In this document: in pieces, positions 49,752 to 58,188 of the stretch
Layout: every line of letters begins with the position of its first letter
Numbering within the stretch: position 1 is the first letter of the stretch
Source of the DNA: Methanocorpusculum sp.
Lineage (GTDB): Archaea; Halobacteriota; Methanomicrobia; Methanomicrobiales; Methanocorpusculaceae
Direction: 5' to 3'
NCBI GenBank assembly: GCA_029987235.1
Contig: DALTWF010000003.1
Coordinates: 2,641 to 66,640 of the forward strand
Length of the DNA stretch: 64,000 nt
Position numbers and translations under genes: made by a program
Notes under the pieces: generated by a model
What the model saw: the letters and a program-made list of their open reading frames with translations, nothing else
Told to the model about the DNA's origin: nothing
The model's database searches: none

Positions 49752-50858
49752 ATGGACGACAAAACAGAACTATATAAACAGGTAATCACGACCGACAACG
49801 TCGCGAATTACGGCACAGCTTTTATGGCGCACGTAAACGCAAAACGAGGCAAAAGAAGTTACACACAAGTGCAGGAGTTCGAAGAAAACCTGCGAGACAA
49901 CCTGCACGAACTCATCGACGAAATACAGGCCGGAACTTACCGGACAGGAGATTACATCGTCGAGACCATAAACGATGGAAAGAAACCCCGAATAATAGCA
50001 AAGGTGCCGTATAAAGATAGAGTAGTTCAATGGATGCTCGCGATTTGGTACCAACCCTATTACCTCGAGCTTTTGTCCGACAACACACACGCAGCCATCC
50101 CCGGGAGAGGAATTCACTCCGCGCTCCGACAGGCAGAAGACTACATCCGCAAGGACGGAAACACCTGGGTGCTCAAACTCGACATAAGAAAATACTTCCC
50201 CCACATACACAGAGCGACCCTGCTCGAAATGATAAGGGAGGATATAGAGGACGATAATCTTTTTGAAGTAATCAAGAATATAATCCTCGACGCCCCGGAC
50301 AGCATAGTCGACGACGAAGGAACCGCAGCGCAAGACGGCATCCCGATAAGTAATTACTGGAGCCAGTTTATGGCCAACCGCTATATGGTCGAGTTCACAC
50401 GCTGGATGGAGACCAACGGTTACACGTTCTGCCAGTACATGGACGACATAGTCGTTTTTTCCAAAGATAAAGAACAGCTCAGGCGCGCTAAATTTGAGAT
50501 AGAGTGGTATATGGAACGGAATTTATCTTTGTCACTAAAGGCAAACTGGCAAATATTCAGACCCGCAGACCGCGGTCTGGATTTCGTAGGATATCGGATA
50601 TTCCCGGACAAAACAATCATAAGGAAAGACATTTACCTCAAGATGACCCGCTCACTCCGGGCAATAGCCAAGAAGATATCGGCAGAAAAGACAAAGGAGC
50701 TCACAGAGTCGCAGCGCTGCACCGTAATGTCGTATCTGGGCTGGGTTTGCCATTGTACATCGGAAACAAGGCGATTTATATATTTTAAGTACTTCGCCCC
50801 GATATTAAGCCAAACACACACACCACTTTCACACAAGTTAACAGAGTACTTCAAATGA
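49752..50858 (+). CDS. DGR reverse transcriptase
   Basis: KDRVVQ, GRGIH, LKLDIRKYF, GIPISNYWSQ, YMDD, GLDFVGY; start after GGAGA RBS. Confidence 0.95.
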   Translation: MDDKTELYKQVITTDNVANYGTAFMAHVNAKRGKRSYTQVQEFEENLRDNLHELIDEIQAGTYRTGDYIVETINDGKKPRIIAKVPYKDRVVQWMLAIWYQPYYLELLSDNTHAAIPGRGIHSALRQAEDYIRKDGNTWVLKLDIRKYFPHIHRATLLEMIREDIEDDNLFEVIKNIILDAPDSIVDDEGTAAQDGIPISNYWSQFMANRYMVEFTRWMETNGYTFCQYMDDIVVFSKDKEQLRRAKFEIEWYMERNLSLSLKANWQIFRPADRGLDFVGYRIFPDKTIIRKDIYLKMTRSLRAIAKKISAEKTKELTESQRCTVMSYLGWVCHCTSETRRFIYFKYFAPILSQTHTPLSHKLTEYFK

Positions 50859-51130
50859 AGCAATACATGAATGTATCATACGGAGGATGCGAACCCGCAT
50901 CCATCGAATATGCCACCGACGCGACAATCGTCAACACCGGCATATATTCAAGAACAGAACAGGACGAACACGGAGAAGAACAAACCATCTGGTATGTTAC
51001 GACCCAGTACATTTACTCCCCGCAGGAATACGAACAAATCTATGCCGCAGCGCTCAAACAGGCGCAGGCAGACACAGACGACCTTCTCATCGACTTAGAC
51101 AGCAGACTCAGTGAACTGGAGGGAGCATAA
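50855..51130 (+). CDS. small tail-fibre-associated protein with C-terminal coil
   Basis: 91 aa; coupled to RT; not obviously Avd-like. Confidence 0.65.
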   Translation: MKQYMNVSYGGCEPASIEYATDATIVNTGIYSRTEQDEHGEEQTIWYVTTQYIYSPQEYEQIYAAALKQAQADTDDLLIDLDSRLSELEGA

Positions 51131-51282
51131 TGGCAACACTCTGGGGCAAGAAATACGCAGCAAAGGTCCATGACGGCACGCTTGCATGGCCGGAGGAAGT
51201 CCCCGAAAAAAGACGCTGGGAAACATATAATGCATACGTCGAACTGGGATATAAACCAGATATTGAACCGCCAGAGGAATAA
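51130..51282 (+). CDS. 50-aa XkdX/CD1375-like small tail protein (not in ORF track)
   Basis: MATLWGKKYAAKVHDGTLAWPEEVPEKRRWETYNAYVELGYKPDIEPPEE; TAATG overlap. Confidence 0.6.
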   Translation: MATLWGKKYAAKVHDGTLAWPEEVPEKRRWETYNAYVELGYKPDIEPPEE

Positions 51283-51310
51283 ACCCCCCATTTTTTAAGG
51301 AGGAACATAC

Positions 51311-53119
51311 GTGCTTTATTCACTAAACAAAAGCCAGCTGAACCGGACAAATGCCCCGCAGCAGGGACTTATCATCACAGAACCTGAGCTGACAGACCTT
51401 CTGATAAATACAGACTACGAATTCTCCGCAGAAGGAGCTGCAGAAGGACAGACTTATACATGGACTATTGGCGGTCAGACATACACTGGACAGACCGTCA
51501 CCGTTCGAACACCGACAACTCCGGGAACGCTCGCGGTTTCAGTAACAGATGGGCAGACAACCGCTGAGAAAGAATATTCTGTCCACCAGCCTGGAACCAT
51601 AACTGCCGTCACACTGGATGCCAGCCACGGAGAAGACGGAGCGGTCACCAGAACCATCTCCGCGACGATTTCTGCGACATACCAATACATCGCACAATGG
51701 AAGCAGAGCAACGACGCTGGGCAAACCTGGCAGACCGTAGGAGCCACAACAAACACTGCAACCTGGACAGGACAGGTTACCATTTCAACCGCATCAACGC
51801 TCTTCAAAGTATCCATAATCGGCGCAGGGATAACAGTCGACGCAGCCACTCATGCTGAGTATTTGGCAGACCCGAAGTTCATCACGCAGCCGACAGTGAC
51901 CCCGCAATCCGTGACGCTCGGAAACTCCATAAACTGCTCAGTCGCAGCCGCCAAATATACCCAAAGTTATTCATGGAAAGTCAAAGCGAATGAAGGAGAC
52001 TGGGTCGAGTTTTCAACAAACCTGACCGCAACATACACTCCCCAGACCGCAGGAACGTATCTGTTCAAGGTTGTGCTGACCGGAGCTCAAGGGACAACCC
52101 CTGCAGAAAGTAACATCACGACCACCACCGCAGGAGCTGCGCCGAGCATAACAATCACTGCACCGACAGAGGCAGAGTTCTCCGAAGGTTCAACAATCAC
52201 GTTTGCATGCAGCACGACCGGCGCAGAAGGAGCAACAGTCTCCTGGAACTTCGGAGACGGAACAACCGGGACAGGTACCACAATCGCCCATACATACGCA
52301 GCTGGAGTGAGCGGGAGAAAGACCATCACCGCCACGGTCTCAAACTCGTATGGAACCGCAAGCGACACGAAAGACATCGCACTCACCTCACCCTCATGGG
52401 TTTGGATAACAGAATCCGGGACGCAGTATTCACTCAGCGACAGAACCAGGTTTATTGTTTTAGAAGACGGAATCGACGGCTTCTCAAACAGCACGACAGA
52501 GCTCACGCTGAACGCAAACCCATCCGGCAGAGGAGAGACAATCACAAACGCAACGGTCAAGGCCAGGGACTGTGGCTTCGACATACTGATAATAGGAGCC
52601 AACAGAGAGGACATCATGCAGAAACGCCGCCTGCTTTTGGATATTTTCAATGCACCGGGAACGCTGCAAATCAAGCAGGGAGGGCAGACATATTTCCTGC
52701 ACTGCCGGACCGCAAGAGGATATCCTGCCATAAGAGACGGCACAAGACCTGACAACCATGCACGCGCCAAGGTCGCATCCGTTCGGTTCACCGCTGCAGA
52801 CCCGTATTTTTATGGGCCTGAAGTGTCAGCCACCGCAGGAACCATCCAGGTCGAAGGAGATGCGCCAGCACCCTGCACAATAGTGACCAGCAGCACGACT
52901 GCGAGCTGCACGGCTGGAGGAGTAACGAAGAGCATCACCTCGACAGAGACCGGAATCACCGTCGCGGTTTCTGACACAGATATCACCGCAACAAAGAACG
53001 GAGCCAACAAGATACCGACTTTCACATATAGCAGCAAGTTCTGGATGCTGGAGCCTGGAACCAACACGGTCGCAGGAGTAAGCTCGGTCACGTACAAACC
53101 CAGATGGAGCTCTATATGA
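51311..53119 (+). CDS. distal-tail (Dit-like) protein with N-terminal PKD/Ig domains
   Basis: WNFGDG PKD motif; C-terminal FTAADPYFYG and LEPGTN Dit-like motifs; GTG start with AGGAGG RBS. Confidence 0.75.
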   Translation: MLYSLNKSQLNRTNAPQQGLIITEPELTDLLINTDYEFSAEGAAEGQTYTWTIGGQTYTGQTVTVRTPTTPGTLAVSVTDGQTTAEKEYSVHQPGTITAVTLDASHGEDGAVTRTISATISATYQYIAQWKQSNDAGQTWQTVGATTNTATWTGQVTISTASTLFKVSIIGAGITVDAATHAEYLADPKFITQPTVTPQSVTLGNSINCSVAAAKYTQSYSWKVKANEGDWVEFSTNLTATYTPQTAGTYLFKVVLTGAQGTTPAESNITTTTAGAAPSITITAPTEAEFSEGSTITFACSTTGAEGATVSWNFGDGTTGTGTTIAHTYAAGVSGRKTITATVSNSYGTASDTKDIALTSPSWVWITESGTQYSLSDRTRFIVLEDGIDGFSNSTTELTLNANPSGRGETITNATVKARDCGFDILIIGANREDIMQKRRLLLDIFNAPGTLQIKQGGQTYFLHCRTARGYPAIRDGTRPDNHARAKVASVRFTAADPYFYGPEVSATAGTIQVEGDAPAPCTIVTSSTTASCTAGGVTKSITSTETGITVAVSDTDITATKNGANKIPTFTYSSKFWMLEPGTNTVAGVSSVTYKPRWSSI

Positions 53120-55698
53120 CCCTGACAATCACCTCCCCTTATACGGACAACGGTTATAAAACACAATACCCACACAGCCCGAAATTCCTGGTCGACTATT
53201 CAAACGTGATAACAACAGATATTTATAAGGTAAGGATTGTCCGCATAAATAGTGATTTCACGGAGACCATCATCACAACGGTCAGCTTTAACCCGGACAG
53301 CACGAACCACCAGACGATAGACTCAGGGATATGGATAACCACCGGGTCGACGATATACAACGGGGACGCATACAGATATATTGTGCGGTACTTAGATTAT
53401 GACTACCAAATAATATCAGCAGAGACCGCTGACTGGTTCGAGGTAAGGGGGAAAGCCGGAGCGACCACAAACGACCCAGTCACGGCATACACGCCAGAAG
53501 CAACATACATGATGCTGAACGAACACACGATTCAGGTGACCGTCAGCGAGAACCACACCAGCAGCAGCCCTGGGACGTTCCTGGAAAGCATGGACGGAAC
53601 CCCGCAGATCGTGCTGCAGTATTCCTATTCAGGAAAGGCACAATCAAGCAGTGGGATCATCGACAAACAGAGCTCATCCTATATCGAAATACGCCAGGCA
53701 ACCTCCGAGACAATAGGGCAGATGCACAGAACCTGGGTCCTTGTTTTCAAACAGGCCGGGACATACACCCTCACCCCGCGTGCGACATACTGTACCAGCG
53801 CCACCCAATCTGATATATACACCAGCACCAGAACTGGGTCGTTACTTCAGATAAAGGTATATGGGCCATCGAAGCCACTCCTCAAGATAGACCACGTCAC
53901 CGCAGCGGATGGAACTCACACCACTGGAGACACGACAAACTCAGGGGCCGCACCATTCCAGGTTCAGTTTATAGACAAATCGCTGGACAGCACCATCGGG
54001 GATCCATACCAGATCCCGCAACAGAACATCGTCGTCGAATTCGGAGACCCGGACTCAAAAACGAACATCCTGCAAATAAACAACCCAGGGGCAACAGCAA
54101 TCACCATCCCGACCTCAAGTCTACTGCATTCATACCCTGATTACAGGAGCAGGGGTTGCAGCATCACGGTCACGGATAAGAACGGAGGAATCACCTCCGG
54201 CCGCGTAATATTTGCACCGGACGCAACGCCAAGGGTTATCTCCGGAAGCCCGCCAAAACTGAACAACACCCCGCCCGGGACCACCGTCAGACCAGGAGAG
54301 CAACCCGCGCTGGTGACAGGTCAGGCCTGGGTCGCAGGAGACCCGGAGCCGACCGTGACATGGAAATATACCCTCGGGTCAAGCTCGTATTATACGGGAG
54401 AAAAGGAAGGAACCACGGCAGAGTTGTCCCTTTTAGCATCCGGATCATACACCATAACATGTGAGATCAAAAACAACGCAGGCACCATTATAAACACATA
54501 CTCATGGGCCGTAGTAGTCGACGCAGCCGCAACCAGGGCAGACACCCCGATCACCGGAATAAATGATTTTGAAGTATGGATTTTCAACACCAACGGAGAC
54601 AGGGTCGGCATCCTTGACCCAGCGACCCGCGCGGAGTATATAGACCGGTATGATCATGAAAAATACTGCGAATTTCAAATCCCGATAAATAGCCGGCACG
54701 CTCAATATTTGAGACGCGGAGCGCTCCTGGCTTTTGGATACCAGGGAAAGGCCCGGCTGATGATAGTAAACGAATACATCGAAGACACCGACGGAGGCAC
54801 CCTGACAATCGGAGCCGTCGACGCGGCCGGATCCCTATTCGAAGGCAGAGTCGCAATAATAGCCACCAGTAACAGCTCGGATGCCGGATATGATACCCAG
54901 AAATGCAGCGGAGAGGCCCTCATGCGCTACTATGCTCAGGCAAACTTGAAGGACCCAGGACAGGCCACGAATTACCGGGCCGCGCCAGGTTTCAAAGTAA
55001 TCGGCACGAACCAGGACCGGCCGGTCGGAGCAGACCCGGTCGTCTATTCGGCACGGTTTGAGACCACGGCAGAAATAATGGACGACCTCTGCAGCGCCAG
55101 CGGACTCGGCTGGGACATAACCATGCAGACCCCCGCAGCAGGAGAACCGAAGCTCGTCGTCGGCTGGAAAGTAATCCAGGGAGTGGACCGGACCATCGGA
55201 AACACCGCAGGAAACAGACCGGTTTATTTCACGGAAGACAACTGCACCGCGAAGGTCGGGCCATACTCGGAGTATTTAGGGCCAACGGTTGCAATCACCG
55301 CAGGAGAAGGAGCAGGAAGCTCGCGGGAATACTTGCGCTTTGGAGCGCCGACGGTTTCCGGGTTTGCCAGACGGGAGATCTTCGTCGATGCCAGCGATTG
55401 CAACGGAAGCACGGAGATGGAGCAGAAAGCCTTGTCTGAAATAGAAAGCGAAAAGGAACAGAGCATCACAATCGAGCCAACAGGGCGGCTTTATTCCTTT
55501 GGCACGGATTACACCACCGGAGACTTTGTCACGGTAAAAACAAAGAGCGGCCTGGACGTAAATCTGCAAATAAACCAAGCAACGGCCACGAAGGACAGCA
55601 GCGGAATCCACATCACACTGCAGCTTGGCACGGACCGCAGGAACCAGCAGACCCTCATGCGGAGGATCAGACTGGCCAACACATACGCCAAGAAATAA
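53116..55698 (+). CDS. baseplate/tail-tip protein (ReqiPepy6 gp37-like C-terminus) with N-terminal Ig/PKD domains
   Basis: AGEGAGSSR, GFARREIFVDA, FGTDYTTGDFVTV motifs. Confidence 0.72.
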   Translation: MTLTITSPYTDNGYKTQYPHSPKFLVDYSNVITTDIYKVRIVRINSDFTETIITTVSFNPDSTNHQTIDSGIWITTGSTIYNGDAYRYIVRYLDYDYQIISAETADWFEVRGKAGATTNDPVTAYTPEATYMMLNEHTIQVTVSENHTSSSPGTFLESMDGTPQIVLQYSYSGKAQSSSGIIDKQSSSYIEIRQATSETIGQMHRTWVLVFKQAGTYTLTPRATYCTSATQSDIYTSTRTGSLLQIKVYGPSKPLLKIDHVTAADGTHTTGDTTNSGAAPFQVQFIDKSLDSTIGDPYQIPQQNIVVEFGDPDSKTNILQINNPGATAITIPTSSLLHSYPDYRSRGCSITVTDKNGGITSGRVIFAPDATPRVISGSPPKLNNTPPGTTVRPGEQPALVTGQAWVAGDPEPTVTWKYTLGSSSYYTGEKEGTTAELSLLASGSYTITCEIKNNAGTIINTYSWAVVVDAAATRADTPITGINDFEVWIFNTNGDRVGILDPATRAEYIDRYDHEKYCEFQIPINSRHAQYLRRGALLAFGYQGKARLMIVNEYIEDTDGGTLTIGAVDAAGSLFEGRVAIIATSNSSDAGYDTQKCSGEALMRYYAQANLKDPGQATNYRAAPGFKVIGTNQDRPVGADPVVYSARFETTAEIMDDLCSASGLGWDITMQTPAAGEPKLVVGWKVIQGVDRTIGNTAGNRPVYFTEDNCTAKVGPYSEYLGPTVAITAGEGAGSSREYLRFGAPTVSGFARREIFVDASDCNGSTEMEQKALSEIESEKEQSITIEPTGRLYSFGTDYTTGDFVTVKTKSGLDVNLQINQATATKDSSGIHITLQLGTDRRNQQTLMRRIRLANTYAKK

Positions 55699-55744
55699 CC
55701 TGCAGACGGAGAGGGAAACCACTCCGATTTTTTAAAACAGAAAG

Positions 55745-55826
55745 TGGGAGAGACGGGAGTCGAACCCGCGAACAACTAATGACATGGCCCTGAACCATGC
55801 GCCTTTAACCTCTCGGCAACCCTCCC
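55745..55826 (-). tRNA. virus-encoded intact tRNA-Leu(CAG), 82 nt
   Basis: GGGAGGG-TT-GCC GAGAGGTTAAA GGC-G-CATGG TTCAGGG CCATG-TCATTAGTTGTTC-GCGGG TTCGACT CCCGT-CTCTCCC-A forms a full type II cloverleaf. Confidence 0.95.
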
Positions 55827-55884
55827 AAATATCGCCAATTTGACCGTATTTTTACCAAATATCACGCCGTATGGAGTGTTTATA

Positions 55885-55925
55885 CCCTGAAGCTAGCGCC
55901 GTTGGCCAGGCTTGGCTACCTTCGC
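55885..55925 (-). pseudogene. 5' half of host tRNA-Leu(CAG) (right att site)
   Basis: GCGAAGG-TA-GCCAAGCCTGGCCAACGGC-G-CTAGC-TTCAGGG, then unrelated viral sequence TATAAACAC. Confidence 0.93.
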
Positions 55926-55960
55926 ATTAAAAATGCTCTTTACTATATGCTCTTAAGCAA

Positions 55961-55966
55961 TATAAA
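55961..55966 (-). promoter_or_regulatory. TATA box of the host tRNA gene
   Basis: TTTATA on the minus strand ~36 nt upstream of the tRNA 5' end. Confidence 0.55.
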
Positions 55967-56016
55967 GTAAACGAATTTTACTCCGTACTGAAAAATGAGG
56001 TAAGGGGAAAAACTGC

Positions 56017-57702
56017 TTATTCAGCGTTTTCCTCGTTCCATTTCTTCATTTCGCGCTCACGCAGTTCGCCGCGCTTGATTTTTCCGGAGAAGGATTTCGG
56101 AAGCTCCGTCACGAACTCAATCAGACGCGGATACTTGTACGGTGCGGTCGTATTCTTCACAAAATCCTGAATCTCTTTTACAAGTCTGTCTGAAGGCTTG
56201 TAACCATCATGCAGAACAATAAATGCCTTGATTACGACACCGCGGATGGAATCAGGGCTTCCGACAACGGCAGACTCTTTTACCGCCGGGTGCTCAAGAA
56301 GGGTGGACTCCACTTCAAACGGAGAGATACGGTATCCCGATGACTTGATTACATCATCATTTCTGCCGACAAACCAGAAGTAACCATCCTCATCAATCCG
56401 TGCCTTATCACCGGTATAATACCAGCCGTTCTGGAACTGTTCGGCATTTTCTTCGGGATTATCAAGATATTCACGGATTAATCCTGCCGGTCTCGGATTA
56501 AGGGAGATTGCAATACGGCCGATTTCTCCTTTCGGCACTTCCTTTCCATCATCATCATGGAGTTGAATGTGCCAGCCGGGTACCGGTTTTCCCATAGAAC
56601 CCTGTTTGATTTCCATGCCCGGAAGGGTTGCAATGCAGCAGCAGGTCTCAGTCTGACCATATCCTTCACGGATGGTAATTCCGGTACCCTCGCGCCAGAT
56701 TCTGATAACCTCCGGATTCAGCGGCTCGCCTGCACTGGTACAGGTGCGAAGCTCGTTAAATGAGAATTTCTTGATATCCGCGATAATGAGCATTCTGTAA
56801 ATGGTCGGCGGCGCACAGAACGAAGTAATTCCGTATTTTTCAATGAGCGGCAGAAGCTCTGTTGCAAGGAATTTCCTCCGGTAATCGTAAACAAATATAC
56901 ATGCGCCGCAAATCCACTGACCGAAAATCTTTCCCCATCCGCATTTTGCCCAACCGGTGTCGGAGACGGTGAAGTGAACGTCGTGTTCGGTTAAGTCGTG
57001 CCAGAATTTTGCTGTAACCGTCTGACCAAGCGGATGTGCATAATCATGCAGCACCATTTTCGGATTCTTGGTGGTTCCCGAGGTGAAATAAATGAGCATC
57101 GGGTCAGTGGAAAGAACACGGCGGCCCGCAGTGCTGACGAGTTTTGTTGAAACCGGTGCCGGATAGAGCAGTTCATGCTGGTATCCTATCCAGGGTGCCT
57201 TTAATGGTTCGTGCGGATTGTCGTCAACAATCATGCGCATTTGTAAATGCGGGCAGTTTGATGCGACCTCGTCAACTTTGTCCATATTTTCCGAGTCGGT
57301 AATAACCATCTTAAAGCCGCCGACTTTCATGCGGTAGGCAATATCTTTGACGGTAAGCATGTGGGGTGCAGGGCTATAGACTGCACCGAGTTTCATGATG
57401 CCGAGAACTAATATCCACCATTCCGGAACGCGGGGAAGCATGAGTAAAACGCGGTCTCCTTTCTGGATACCGAATTTCATCAGAATATTTGCCGCTTCAT
57501 TGGAATGAATCATCATGTCCCAGAAGGTGAATTTCTTTTCTTCACCTGCCTGGTTTGTCCAGATCATTGCAAGGTGATTGCGATCCTGTTTGGCCCGGGC
57601 GTCAATCACATCAAATGCAAAGTTGTAATGTTTCGGCACATCTATATGAAACGATTTGTATGTTTCATCATAGTTGCCGATGTTTCCTGTAGGTTCTGCC
57701 AT
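56017..57702 (-). CDS. AMP-forming acyl-CoA synthetase
   Basis: YFTSGTT, EGYGQTE, YYTGD, GRNDDVIK, LPKSFSGKI. Confidence 0.92.
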   Translation of the reverse strand: MAEPTGNIGNYDETYKSFHIDVPKHYNFAFDVIDARAKQDRNHLAMIWTNQAGEEKKFTFWDMMIHSNEAANILMKFGIQKGDRVLLMLPRVPEWWILVLGIMKLGAVYSPAPHMLTVKDIAYRMKVGGFKMVITDSENMDKVDEVASNCPHLQMRMIVDDNPHEPLKAPWIGYQHELLYPAPVSTKLVSTAGRRVLSTDPMLIYFTSGTTKNPKMVLHDYAHPLGQTVTAKFWHDLTEHDVHFTVSDTGWAKCGWGKIFGQWICGACIFVYDYRRKFLATELLPLIEKYGITSFCAPPTIYRMLIIADIKKFSFNELRTCTSAGEPLNPEVIRIWREGTGITIREGYGQTETCCCIATLPGMEIKQGSMGKPVPGWHIQLHDDDGKEVPKGEIGRIAISLNPRPAGLIREYLDNPEENAEQFQNGWYYTGDKARIDEDGYFWFVGRNDDVIKSSGYRISPFEVESTLLEHPAVKESAVVGSPDSIRGVVIKAFIVLHDGYKPSDRLVKEIQDFVKNTTAPYKYPRLIEFVTELPKSFSGKIKRGELREREMKKWNEENAE

Positions 57703-57798
57703 TTTCAATACTATATACTATATTAGAATTGAAAGATTATAAAGGGATTATATGAATCCTGTCAGTGAATTGGTTTTTTTCCGGTCAAAAAAAGAGGG

Positions 57799-58143
57799 TT
57801 AGAAGGGGATTACGCCAAGGTGGCGGAGAATGGTAATTACGTTGAAAATGGTAATTACTGCTGCGACAATATCAAAAACCGTTACACCTTTTGAAAGGAG
57901 TTTTCTGCCTGATGCTTTGAATGATATCACAATTCCGCAAGCAAGAAGAACAACAGTAATTACAAGAAGAATAACCGGTACTGCAGCTATACTCACAATA
58001 TCGCCTGCTCTCATCATGTTTTCAACAACAAGCGTCACAAATGACATAACCAGGGCTGCAATGTCTATAATAATGAGACGACGTGCAATCCTTTTCTTTT
58101 CATCGGTATCAGCCTGCGGATTTGTTTCAGTTTCCAATGACAT
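57799..58143 (-). CDS. small membrane protein
   Basis: 114 aa with three hydrophobic segments. Confidence 0.65.
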   Translation of the reverse strand: MSLETETNPQADTDEKKRIARRLIIIDIAALVMSFVTLVVENMMRAGDIVSIAAVPVILLVITVVLLACGIVISFKASGRKLLSKGVTVFDIVAAVITIFNVITILRHLGVIPF

Positions 58144-58188
58144 GATATGGTATAATGATGTATTATGACATAAGGTTTCTTAAAAAAG

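Larger units (their letters stand above)
21181..55891. mobile_element. integrated head-tail (siphovirus-like) provirus; predicted excised circle 34,704 bp
   Basis: 7-bp direct repeat CCCTGAA at 21181-21187 and 55885-55891 (tRNA anticodon loop); integrase, terminase, portal, major capsid, tail modules inside. Confidence 0.95.

Noticed and set aside
49674..50858. Group II intron or retron RT; ORF start at 49674
   Set aside because: The adjacent TR/VR pair and SQ motif indicate a DGR; no maturase domain or VTG motif was seen; the upstream extension lies in the structured spacer and the RBS supports 49752.
50855..51130. Avd accessory protein
   Set aside because: Acidic, beta-rich N-terminus with a short coil, unlike the basic four-helix Avd; resembles small fibre-associated proteins.
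51311..55698. Second DGR target in other tail genes
   Set aside because: No VR-like sequence seen at their 3' ends by eye; a BLASTN with TR would be decisive.
24366..55775. Many long minus-strand ORFs across the provirus
   Set aside because: Shadow ORFs: the plus strand is very T-poor, so TTA/CTA/TCA (minus-strand stops) are rare; they overlap well-supported plus-strand genes.
21137..55925. Trans-spliced split tRNA (Nanoarchaeum-type), since the flanks of the two halves are partly complementary
   Set aside because: The complementarity is the imperfect attP inverted repeat; both halves carry the full loop and no bulge-helix-bulge can be drawn at 37/38 (TTCA would have to pair with TTCA).
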